Positions 21,673 to 30,056 of a DNA stretch of 64,000 nucleotides are shown piece after piece. Every line of letters begins with the position of its first letter. Within the stretch, counting starts at the first letter, position 1. A program made the position numbers and the translations under genes. The stretch comes from an uncultured Candidatus Binatia bacterium. GTDB lineage: Bacteria; Desulfobacterota; Binatia; Bin18. The stretch spans positions 1,280,001 through 1,344,000 of the forward strand of contig OZ241744.1 in NCBI GenBank assembly GCA_965200965.1, given 5' to 3'. Below the pieces are notes generated by a model. It was not told the DNA's origin, did not search any database, and saw nothing but the letters and a program-made list of their open reading frames with translations.

Positions 21673-22122
21673 ATGCCGATATTACAGCCCGGCGATAGCG
21701 CCCCAGCCTTCAGCGTCTTGACCCACCGCGGCCAGGAACTCAGCTTGGCGAGTCTGCATGGTAAAAAGGTAGTATTGTGGTTCTCCCCCAAGGCCGACAC
21801 ACCCGGCTGAACCACCGAGGGTCGCGGATTCCGCGACTAGCACGCCGCGTTTCAAGACCACAACGTCGAAGTCCTAGGGGTGAGCTTTGACAGCGTAGCT
21901 GACAGCGCGGCCTCTGCCCAAAAGTTCGACTTCCCCTTCCCACTGTTATGCGATGCAGACCGCAGCCTCGACTTCGCCTATGGAGCGTGTGACGACGCAG
22001 CGGCCGCGTATGCCAAACGGAGCAGCTATCTGATCGACGAAGAGGGAAAATTTGAGCGCGTCTACGCCAGCGTCAGCGCCCGCTCGCGCCCGACCGAAGT
22101 GCTGGGCGACCTGGTATCGTAA
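21673..22122 (+). pseudogene. bcp: BCP/PrxQ peroxiredoxin, selenocysteine-type (UGA 21808), interrupted by an in-frame TAG (21838)
   Basis: AGGAGG-ATG 21673 reads MPILQPGDSAPAF...WFSPKADTPG(U)TTEGRGFRD(*)HAAF...VLGVSFD, in frame with ORF 21880-22122. Confidence 0.85.
21821..21837 (+). promoter_or_regulatory. Putative SECIS hairpin
   Basis: GTCGCGG-ATT-CCGCGAC perfect stem beginning 10 nt after the UGA. Confidence 0.65.
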
Positions 22123-22182
22123 CTATATGATTGTTATTTGCTCATTATTCAATGATGAATCTCGGACGGCTGGAGGTATTTG

Positions 22183-22542
22183 TTAGAGTTCATCCGGGCT
22201 TTTGCTAATCCATTCCGGAGCGTGCAGAATAACAGGTGCCCGGTCTTCTTTATTCCAGATTGCCGAATCCAGCCCCCAATAAAAGAAATGTACCTTTTTC
22301 CCCGATCTCAAATTCTCGTTGTCCCTTCCAGATTTTGTGTATAATACTACAAGATCGCCAGCCGAAACGGCTTTGTAAGGAAACCAATAGGCTTTGTACG
22401 TTTCAATAGTTGCTTCCCCATCACGGAATCCTGTTTGGATGATTAGGTAGTCTCCGATGTCGGTATTCGCTTTCACTCCCAAAACAAGGCGCTCCTTTTC
22501 CTCATTGCCTTTGTCCTTAATAGATCGAATTTCAACCTTCAT
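22183..22542 (-). CDS. Hypothetical protein, lamin-tail-domain (LTD)-like
   Basis: ATGA overlap with the upstream ORF. YWFP...AGDLVVLYTKSG...FYWGLDSAIWN resembles the LTD consensus. AT-rich. Confidence 0.65.
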   Translation of the reverse strand: MKVEIRSIKDKGNEEKERLVLGVKANTDIGDYLIIQTGFRDGEATIETYKAYWFPYKAVSAGDLVVLYTKSGRDNENLRSGKKVHFFYWGLDSAIWNKEDRAPVILHAPEWISKSPDEL

Positions 22543-22970
22543 CGCTTCACCACCTTTGAAGCAATACCTCCTATGATAAGGGCCACTCCCAGCGTTAGCA
22601 ATATCCACCCATACGACCTGCCCGGCGACCATAGGGAAGGGGTGAGACCAATCAGCGCCGCGCCGACAGTTAAGCACCCTCCAAATATGATATCCTGCGC
22701 GATATTAGTCTTTAACTTTTCGTCTAGCACCGCGGCTCTTTTATCTGCTGCGTGGTATGAATTCTGGATATCTCTCAGATTTCCGTTTTCTTCTTCAAGG
22801 CGATCTATCTCAGCTATTAGCAAACGTTGCGTCGCTGGTGAGGATAGTTCTTCATCTGATAACTGGCGACGGATATTCTCGAATGCTTTTCTAGGTTTTC
22901 CTTTGGTCTGAGGGAGACCAGCCTCTCCCCCAGTATCCTCTGTAATTTCCTGGCTATCTTTCTCAGACAT
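22539..22970 (-). CDS. Coiled-coil protein with two C-terminal TM helices
   Basis: LIAEIDRLEEEN coiled coil, then two hydrophobic segments. AT-rich. Confidence 0.75.
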   Translation of the reverse strand: MSEKDSQEITEDTGGEAGLPQTKGKPRKAFENIRRQLSDEELSSPATQRLLIAEIDRLEEENGNLRDIQNSYHAADKRAAVLDEKLKTNIAQDIIFGGCLTVGAALIGLTPSLWSPGRSYGWILLTLGVALIIGGIASKVVKR

Positions 22971-23155
22971 TTAACGCCCTACATTACTGCTTTCATCATT
23001 ATAACGCCTCAAGCACCAGCCCGTCCTTTTATTGGCCTCGTGCGCTTGCATATCGCGCAACACCACCTCCCCATAATTGGGCAAACGAGTTGGCGGAATG
23101 TCAGCCCCCAGGTTTTCTGCTTGGACACTACATAGAGACATCTCTCTCCCCGCCT

Positions 23156-24319
23156 CTATCCCTCTCGCGCCAGCCGCAGGGCCGCCTCATACACCATGCT
23201 GAGCGGCACATCGTGCTCCCGCGCGCAGCGTTTGCAGTCTTCATATTCAGGGGCGATGTGGATGCGCCCGTCCGGTCGGTGGGCCAGCTTGAGGCCCACC
23301 CGCCCATAGGGGGTCTCAAGGTCTCTGTGTTCGCGCCGCAACGCCAGCCGCTCAACCGGATAGACGCGGATGCCCAGGGTTGAGGTCTCGGCAAAAAGCA
23401 GCCCGCTCAGGCGTTCCCGGTCGGCGACCTCACACAACACCCACAGCAGAATCCCGGGCCGGTTCTTCTTCATGTGGATGGGACACAAAAAGACATCGCG
23501 CGCGCCCGCGGCCAGCGCCCGCTCCATGATATGCTCGTAGAACTCGGGGTTGAGATCGTCAATGTTGGTCTCCAAGACCAGCAGATGATCGGTCCGGGGC
23601 GGCTGATGGCTGTGACCAAGGACCACCCGCAGGACATTCGGACGATCGTCCAGCGTCCGCTCCCCCGCCCCATAGCCGACCGCCTCAATCTGTACGGCGG
23701 GAATGGTTCCAGGCTGGGCGACCGCGGAAAGAATTGCCGCGCCGGTCGGTGTCACCAACTCACTCTGGCCGTCAGCCAAACCCACCGGGAAGCCCTTGAG
23801 GAGTTCAAGCGTGGCCGGCCCAGGAACAGGCAGGATGCCGTGACGCGAGGCCACCAGCCCGCTGCCCAGCGGCAGGGGCGAGACATACACCTGCTCAACG
23901 CCCAGCGCGTGCAGACCGAACGCAGCTCCGACAATATCGACAATCGAATCAACCGCCCCGACCTCATGAAAATGAACCTCTTCGGGCGGGACGCCGTGGA
24001 TGCGGCCCTCGGCTTGGGCCAGGAGGGTAAAAATCCGTAGCGCCGTCTCTTTGACCTGGGGGCGCAAGGCGCTCGCCTGGAGCATATCGGCAAGAGCGCG
24101 AAAGCTGCGCTCGCCCTGCGGCTGCTGGACCTCAACCGCGAATTTCGTCGCCTGAATACCGCTGAGTTGGCGCACGGTCTGACGCAGGCGATAGCCCCTC
24201 AGATCGAGGCTCTCCAGCTCCTGCCGCACGGCCTCAAGCGATACGCCCAGATGCAGCAAGGCCCCGACCGTCATATCGCCACTGATCCCGGCAAAGGCGT
24301 CGAAATAGGCGATTTTCAT
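23156..24319 (-). CDS. larC: Nickel pincer cofactor biosynthesis protein LarC
   Basis: GISGDM, VHFHEVGAVDSIVD, ELVTPTGAA, ETNIDD, MKKNRPG, PEYED. Confidence 0.93.
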   Translation of the reverse strand: MKIAYFDAFAGISGDMTVGALLHLGVSLEAVRQELESLDLRGYRLRQTVRQLSGIQATKFAVEVQQPQGERSFRALADMLQASALRPQVKETALRIFTLLAQAEGRIHGVPPEEVHFHEVGAVDSIVDIVGAAFGLHALGVEQVYVSPLPLGSGLVASRHGILPVPGPATLELLKGFPVGLADGQSELVTPTGAAILSAVAQPGTIPAVQIEAVGYGAGERTLDDRPNVLRVVLGHSHQPPRTDHLLVLETNIDDLNPEFYEHIMERALAAGARDVFLCPIHMKKNRPGILLWVLCEVADRERLSGLLFAETSTLGIRVYPVERLALRREHRDLETPYGRVGLKLAHRPDGRIHIAPEYEDCKRCAREHDVPLSMVYEAALRLAREG

Positions 24320-24708
24320 GGCGCTCTCTTTTGACCGGGAGCATCGCCAGACGTTTCAGACGGAACGACTCTCACTGCCACCAAGTACAAAGTCTGGGGT
24401 GTCCGCTCCAGCGTGAAGCGGACGCGCTGGCCGGGCACACAGACATCGGCCAGCGCCGGGGCGCGCAGCGCAAAACTGTTTGTTTTTGCTGGAAAGAAAC
24501 CGGGGATCGCCTCATGCGCAATCACCACCCGCTGGTCATGGCGCACGACCTGTTTCACCTCTCCATAGCCGACAAACACATCGGGCGGCGGGAGCGGCTC
24601 GCAGGCCGAGCCGCCGAGCGCAGCGAGCAGAAGCCCCAAACGCCAGACCCTCAGGCCGTCCAGACCTGAGGCGGTCCGTCGCTGGCTGGACATGGGACAG
24701 ACTCCCAT
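24316..24708 (-). CDS. CusF-like OB-fold lipoprotein with degenerate metal site
   Basis: Lipobox GSA-C. IAHEAIPGFFPAKTNSF...PGQRVRFTL. Confidence 0.65.
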   Translation of the reverse strand: MGVCPMSSQRRTASGLDGLRVWRLGLLLAALGGSACEPLPPPDVFVGYGEVKQVVRHDQRVVIAHEAIPGFFPAKTNSFALRAPALADVCVPGQRVRFTLERTPQTLYLVAVRVVPSETSGDAPGQKRAP

Positions 24709-24709
24709 T

Positions 24710-25030
24710 TTACTGCATGGCCGAGAACTCGGTCGGAGAGAGCAGTTTATTGATCTGGCTGAGAATGATGCCCCGCAGCCGTTTGCCGACCTCGGCGCGA
24801 CGCGGGTCGCCTGCCCACTTGGCCCATTTCTCCTGGCGTTCGTTCAGGTCCCGGTAGGCCCACAGGTGGCAGACCTCGTTGAGCTGGCCGACCTCGGTGT
24901 ACCAGAATCCCACCGGCTTGAGGCCGTGCTCGGCTACGCCGGGCAGAATCAGGGTTTTCGCCACCTCCAGATATTCCGGCAGACCGCCAAACGCGAGCTG
25001 ATATGTCCGCAGTTCATAGATCATGGTCAC
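24710..25030 (-). CDS. NIPSNAP family protein
   Basis: IYELRTY, GQLNEVCHLWAY, LSPTEFS. Confidence 0.9.
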   Translation of the reverse strand: MTMIYELRTYQLAFGGLPEYLEVAKTLILPGVAEHGLKPVGFWYTEVGQLNEVCHLWAYRDLNERQEKWAKWAGDPRRAEVGKRLRGIILSQINKLLSPTEFSAMQ

Positions 25031-25054
25031 GGCTCCTTGTCACCTCAGGCCCGG

Positions 25055-25915
25055 CTACGCCAGGGCGTTCTTGGCCAGGGCGTCCAACTCGGCCAGCGCC
25101 GCGGCTTCACCGTTGTCACACTCTTGCAGCCAGATGGTAACATGGTCAACGCCCGCGTTCCGGAGTTCGGCCAGCTCTTGGCGGGTCCGAAACTTGCCAG
25201 GAAACCCAAAGGCCAGGACCTTGATTGACTGCGGGTCACGGCCCGCCTGCTCGGCCATCTCGTTCAGGCGTTGGCGGCCGGCTTTGATATCTTCGACCGG
25301 CGACAGGACCGGCATCCAGCCGTCGCCCCACTCCACCACCCGCTTGAACACATACTGCGACGATCCGCCCATGTAGACCGGCGGGTGGGGTTTCTGGACC
25401 GGCTTGGGAAAAGACCGCACGGCCGGAAAGTCATAGTATTTGCCGTGATACTCGGCCTCGTCTTGGGCCCACAGTTCCTTCATGGCCAGGACCCCATCCC
25501 TGGTCTGGCCCCAGCGGTGATCAAAATCCCCGCCCATGATCTCGGTTTCTTCTCTGAGCCAGCCGGCACCAATCCCCAGAATAAAACGTCCGCCCGACAG
25601 CCTATCCAGGGTCGCCACCTCCTTGGCCAGCAGCAGAGGATTGCGCTCAGGAATGAGGCAAATGCCAGTCCCCAACTCAATTGTGCTGGTAACTGCCGAG
25701 GCTCGGGCCAGGGCCACGAAGGGGTCCAGAATGCGCCCGTACTCGTCAGGAATAATCCCGTCCTCAGCCCCCGGATAGGGCGAGGTGGTCTGTATCGGAA
25801 TAATCGGATGCTCTGGCACCCAGTACGAGGCAAAGCCCAGCTCCTCAGTCCGCTTGGCCACAACGGCTGGATCGACAGAGCGGTCAATGGCGAACTCAAA
25901 AATCCCTATCTTCAT
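25055..25915 (-). CDS. LLM-class F420-dependent oxidoreductase
   Basis: WVPEH, LDPFVAL, LAKEVATLDRLSGGRF, PKPVQKPHPP. Confidence 0.9.
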   Translation of the reverse strand: MKIGIFEFAIDRSVDPAVVAKRTEELGFASYWVPEHPIIPIQTTSPYPGAEDGIIPDEYGRILDPFVALARASAVTSTIELGTGICLIPERNPLLLAKEVATLDRLSGGRFILGIGAGWLREETEIMGGDFDHRWGQTRDGVLAMKELWAQDEAEYHGKYYDFPAVRSFPKPVQKPHPPVYMGGSSQYVFKRVVEWGDGWMPVLSPVEDIKAGRQRLNEMAEQAGRDPQSIKVLAFGFPGKFRTRQELAELRNAGVDHVTIWLQECDNGEAAALAELDALAKNALA

Positions 25916-25949
25916 ACCTGTCTCCTTGTGTGTCTCTTCTGTATACCTG

Positions 25950-26711
25950 TCATAGCAGACCGAAGCCTCTGCCGGCCAGGGCCAGACCGAGCAGCCCGCC
26001 AACAAGCGTCAGCCCTATTCCGGTCCACCCCCACTCCAGCGGATAGGGATCGGTGAGGCGGGGGCCGGTAATCCCCGGAATGCTCGGCAAATCGCCATCC
26101 CCGCCGCCAACCTTTAGCTGGGCCTTCATCCCTTTTTCCATATGGTGCGGCACATCACAGTGGACCAGATACGTCCTGCTTCCCGGCGGCACGATAAAGC
26201 CGGCAGTTTTCTGCCCTTTTCCCGCTACCTCCAGGGTGAACATCCCCTGGTCATACAGATAGCGGGGCAGGCCGTGAAGCATCCACTGGTGGCGGACCTC
26301 GTCGGTATTGATCAGGCTGACGGTGAGCTGAGTACACGGCTCGACCGCCCACTCATGCTGATCGTAGGTGAACATCGTGCCCGCAAGCGCAAATTCTTTA
26401 CCGGCGCGGACGGTGATGTGGTGTTCGCCGGCGATGCGTGGACAGCCCCGGGGCAGCTCGTCGGTGTTCTCATTCATGACCATACCGGAGGCGTCCAGCC
26501 GCATAACATGGTGCTCATGCGGCTGGTGGTCGGTGTGGGGCTGCGCCTCCATCTGGCCCTGATGGTCGGCATGGTGGTCGGTCTTCGGCTCGGCCTCCAT
26601 CTGGTGGCCGGTGTGGCCCTGAGGCGCGTGGCTGGACGGCGCGGCGTCCTGGCTCACACCCAGGGCGGGAAACACACCCACGGCAAACACGGCCAGAAAG
26701 AAGAGCGCCAC
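25950..26711 (-). CDS. Membrane-anchored cupredoxin with His-rich linker
   Basis: Signal peptide, His-rich repeat, HQWM...HCDVPHHMEKGM type-1 Cu motif, C-terminal TM. Confidence 0.85.
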   Translation of the reverse strand: MALFFLAVFAVGVFPALGVSQDAAPSSHAPQGHTGHQMEAEPKTDHHADHQGQMEAQPHTDHQPHEHHVMRLDASGMVMNENTDELPRGCPRIAGEHHITVRAGKEFALAGTMFTYDQHEWAVEPCTQLTVSLINTDEVRHQWMLHGLPRYLYDQGMFTLEVAGKGQKTAGFIVPPGSRTYLVHCDVPHHMEKGMKAQLKVGGGDGDLPSIPGITGPRLTDPYPLEWGWTGIGLTLVGGLLGLALAGRGFGLL

Positions 26712-26714
26712 AAG

Positions 26715-28415
26715 CTAGACTCCCTGCAAACGTCGCACCACAGCACGCAGCCCAGCCGCCAGTCCGCCGAGCAAAAGTCCGCTCAGCAGCCCAATCAGCA
26801 CCGCCCGACCCCAGTTCAGGGTCCGGCTCGTAGCCTGTCCGAGTAGACCCGAGTCGTCGAGGGTACCCCAGATCGGGACTTTCCTCTGATAGTAGGCCGG
26901 GCTGAAGAACGGCGTCCAGTCCATGCCTTGCGTCTTTGGCCAGCCGGTTTCGGCCAGGAAGGACTCGTACACAATCGCGCTGATATTGCCGCCCGGATTG
27001 ATGCCGTTGGTGGTCACGCCCTTCCCTCTGTGGTCGTGCAACAGCCACACGCCCGGTCCGTAGTTGTGGAGACCATCGTTGACCGTCCGCAGGTGCAGAT
27101 CGAGCCGTTGAGCGGGTGCCAGCCAGACTACATCACGCGTAATCTGGGCGGCCGGATTATGCTCCACACCATCGTAATGGGTAATCCTGACCTTGTGGCC
27201 GTGGGTGTGCAGAGCAATCCCCTCAACCCCCCCGTTCAGCACGCGCAGTTTCACGTTCTGGTCGGGTTTGACGACCACTAGTGACTCGCGCATGGTGTAC
27301 GGAAACGAACGGCCGTTCAGAACAAAATAATCGGGCGTCTGATCGGTACTATCATAGCCCCGGTTGGTGGCCTCGGCCAGCAACCGGGGGTCATTGGCCG
27401 TCTGAATCATTTCGTGCAGGGTCTGATCCAGGTCCTGGTAGTGCAGGTCATACTCGCGGTCGTAGGTCTGCCGGACAGCCTGCGAAGGAAAGCGCACCTG
27501 TCCGGCACCAGGGTTGAGGGTCTGGACCCAGTTGTTGGGCTGGTTTTCCTCAACCACAAACATCCCCTGTAAGCCCATCACAATATGAACGTTGGGTTGG
27601 ACATGGCAGTGATAAAACATGGTCCCGGTCTGGCGTGGCCTCAGATCATAGGTTCGACTTTGGCCCGGAAGCACCGGTGGTTCACTGGCGACAGGCACAC
27701 CGTCGTTGCCCTCTCCAGCGCTATCGACAAAGGGGTGATCGACCCCGTGCAAGTGGATCGTATGGGGCAAATAGTGGGTGTTCTCCAAGGTAAGCCGCAG
27801 GCGGTCGCCCTGTTCCACCCGAATGACCGGAGCCGGAGCACGCAGGTTGGGGTGAGCCACATCCGTGTCAAAGTTTTCGGTTGCCATGCCACGCGTTTTG
27901 GGGGCAAAGACCCACAGCCCTGGCTCCACTCCAGGGGCGATGGCATAGCGCGGAAAGGGACCTGGAATATCCGGCGAGCGGCCGTTGAGTTCGGCCACTT
28001 CAAGGCGGATATGAATCACGTCAGGGTCCCCGTCTCCGTCCCGGTCTCCGTCTTTGACGACGGTCGTGGGGGTCAGCCGGGTCTGCATCAGGACCGCCAT
28101 CGGGACATTGTTGGTGCCTCTGACAAAGGCGGCCACCTCAGCCGGATTGTCCGGCTCACACACCAGCGATTCCTCAATCGGCACCCCGGCCACGATCTGG
28201 TGTTGGCGCCAGTCTGGATGAAGATTCGGGCAAAACGGCTCGGCCGTGCCGAGCTCCATATCTGCGGTGTCCGGCGGACGCTGATACGAGGATGCTCCGA
28301 GGGCGGCATATAGAAAGTCTTGTACAGTCTGCGGCAGCCACGAGCGCGGCAGCACCAGCACCACAGCGCCGAACCAGACCAGCAGCGACACCGTCAGCAG
28401 ACGAGGCGGAAACAT
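26715..28415 (-). CDS. Two-domain multicopper oxidase, T1 site in domain 1, TM at both ends
   Basis: HTIHLHG and YHCHVQPNVHIVMG in domain 1. LHTHGH and WLLHDH in domain 2. ATG 28415 inferred. Confidence 0.88.
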   Translation of the reverse strand: MFPPRLLTVSLLVWFGAVVLVLPRSWLPQTVQDFLYAALGASSYQRPPDTADMELGTAEPFCPNLHPDWRQHQIVAGVPIEESLVCEPDNPAEVAAFVRGTNNVPMAVLMQTRLTPTTVVKDGDRDGDGDPDVIHIRLEVAELNGRSPDIPGPFPRYAIAPGVEPGLWVFAPKTRGMATENFDTDVAHPNLRAPAPVIRVEQGDRLRLTLENTHYLPHTIHLHGVDHPFVDSAGEGNDGVPVASEPPVLPGQSRTYDLRPRQTGTMFYHCHVQPNVHIVMGLQGMFVVEENQPNNWVQTLNPGAGQVRFPSQAVRQTYDREYDLHYQDLDQTLHEMIQTANDPRLLAEATNRGYDSTDQTPDYFVLNGRSFPYTMRESLVVVKPDQNVKLRVLNGGVEGIALHTHGHKVRITHYDGVEHNPAAQITRDVVWLAPAQRLDLHLRTVNDGLHNYGPGVWLLHDHRGKGVTTNGINPGGNISAIVYESFLAETGWPKTQGMDWTPFFSPAYYQRKVPIWGTLDDSGLLGQATSRTLNWGRAVLIGLLSGLLLGGLAAGLRAVVRRLQGV

Positions 28416-28512
28416 AAGGACTATATGTATGGGGAGATGGCGGCCAGGAAAAGGGGGGCTGAGCTTTTGGCAGCCTGAGCTGGCGGTCCATCCCCCCTCC
28501 CCGACCGGCGGC

Positions 28513-29769
28513 CTAGGGCAGATACTGGGGGGTGAAGCGGGTTGGGACGAGGCTTGAGCGGACCGTGACCAACTCCTGGTCGCCGGCCGCGTTCTCAAAC
28601 TGGAACACACCGGCGATATACTGCTGCGGGGCGCTGAGCGGAATCAGGCGTTCGATGCCGAATAAGGTGCTCGAAATGCTGAGTCTCAACTCTTGAGTTT
28701 CGCCCGGTTCAATCGGAACGTTGGGGTCAACGTTGAGAGGCCCAACAAAATCGCGCGGCCCTGCCGCGGCCTGCTCGTGTTCGCCGCCGTTGACAAAGCT
28801 GGCCATCGCCATCGTGTATTTCTTCACACTGATCGGGCTGTCGGCAACGTTGGTGACCCGGACGCCCATCTCCAGCGTCTCGGTCCCCTCGTCAAAGGTC
28901 GCCCCGGTCGCCCGTACCTCGGCCATTTTCGGTCCTGATGAGATGAAGTCTGGCGTGAACCAGTCGGTCTGCTGCGGCCATCTGACCGGATAGCTCGTCG
29001 TTGCGTAGGTCCAGCCGACCACCAGCATAATAAGCGCAACCCCGGCGATCACATTCATCCACATATGGTCACGCGGAGTAATGAGACCAAGGTCGGGTGC
29101 GTCGTCGTTGGGGGGAATCTGGAGGGTCACGGCCAAGTTTGTGACTGTCCGTTTGGTGAGGGTCCAGTACAGCATCCAGATGATGCCCAGCCCAAAGCCA
29201 AGAAACGACCACCAGACGACAAAGCTGCTGCCATAGCTGCTCAGTTCAATGGTCTCGCCGCTCAGCAGGGTGACCGGAAACTCAAGCGGCGTCGGGCTTG
29301 ACGCGACTGTGACCCATTCAGCCGGGCCGATAAGGGTGCCGGTTCCGTGGATGGCAATCCCGGGATGCACATGCCATTCGCCGGGTTCTTTGCCGATGAT
29401 GACCATGCGGAACTCGTACATGCCACCCTTTTCAACAAAAAATGAGCCGATTGAGGCCTCTCCGTTGACCGTTCGCTCCTTGAGCATGAATACCGGTCCG
29501 GGGACCACCGGAATGATAGAGGCAATCTCCGGGGTGTAGAGCGTGTGCGGCCAAGTCTCCAGGATCTTGACCTTACCGGTGATGGTGACCGGGTCGCCGA
29601 CCTGAATTTCGGTCGGCGACACCGAAACATCGAAAAACGCGGTCGTCAGGTTTTTCAAGAACGGCTCATCCGCGGCCTCGCCGTGGGCAAAAACCCGAGG
29701 AACGCCAATGACGGCAGTCCAGCCGAAAAGCATCAGGCTGAGCAAGACCCGTCCGGTCGGCTTAGTCAT
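28513..29769 (-). CDS. xmoB: Copper membrane monooxygenase subunit B (PmoB/AmoB family)
   Basis: Signal peptide then HGEAADEPFL, G.WHVHP, IGP..W.TV, two central TMs, PQQT, IEPGET. Confidence 0.92.
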   Translation of the reverse strand: MTKPTGRVLLSLMLFGWTAVIGVPRVFAHGEAADEPFLKNLTTAFFDVSVSPTEIQVGDPVTITGKVKILETWPHTLYTPEIASIIPVVPGPVFMLKERTVNGEASIGSFFVEKGGMYEFRMVIIGKEPGEWHVHPGIAIHGTGTLIGPAEWVTVASSPTPLEFPVTLLSGETIELSSYGSSFVVWWSFLGFGLGIIWMLYWTLTKRTVTNLAVTLQIPPNDDAPDLGLITPRDHMWMNVIAGVALIMLVVGWTYATTSYPVRWPQQTDWFTPDFISSGPKMAEVRATGATFDEGTETLEMGVRVTNVADSPISVKKYTMAMASFVNGGEHEQAAAGPRDFVGPLNVDPNVPIEPGETQELRLSISSTLFGIERLIPLSAPQQYIAGVFQFENAAGDQELVTVRSSLVPTRFTPQYLP

Positions 29770-30049
29770 TGACCAGCCTCCTCTCTACCACCCGCAGGCG
29801 TGGTTTCTGCTTGATCCGAATGGCGTCGTCGGCCTGTCCGGTCGGCTCAAGCACCGGGAGCTTGGAGTTTCGACCCGCCGGCCACAGCACAATGAGCCAG
29901 TAGCAGGCCAGACCGAGCAGGACCGCGGTGACAACAGGAGGGGCCATCTCGTCCAGACCCATACCGTGGGCCTGCCCGGGTGACGGCAGGGCGAGCAGGG
30001 CGGCTAGGCTGGCCGACCCGAGCTTGCTCCATTGCGTTGTGCTTGGCAT
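29762..30049 (-). CDS. Unknown small single-TM protein inside the CuMMO operon
   Basis: Starts 7 nt after the xmoA stop and overlaps the xmoB start by 8 nt. Signal peptide GQA|HG, one TM, basic tail. Confidence 0.75.
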   Translation of the reverse strand: MPSTTQWSKLGSASLAALLALPSPGQAHGMGLDEMAPPVVTAVLLGLACYWLIVLWPAGRNSKLPVLEPTGQADDAIRIKQKPRLRVVERRLVND

Positions 30050-30056
30050 GGCGATC

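Larger units (their letters stand above)
22160..22975 (-). mobile_element. AT-rich insert with integron-gene-cassette-like ends
   Basis: GTTAAAT (GTTRRRY, 22975-22969) overlaps the first ATG. The final stop lies in CTCTAACAAATACCTCCAGCCG, like an attC left arm. No full attC or intI seen. Confidence 0.45.

Noticed and set aside
21838-21840. TAG read as pyrrolysine
   Set aside because: Non-catalytic position, other degenerate residues nearby and no pyl context. A nonsense mutation is simpler.
26715-28415. MCO as NirK nitrite reductase
   Set aside because: HxH pairs in all four motifs indicate a trinuclear oxidase centre rather than the NirK type-2 site.
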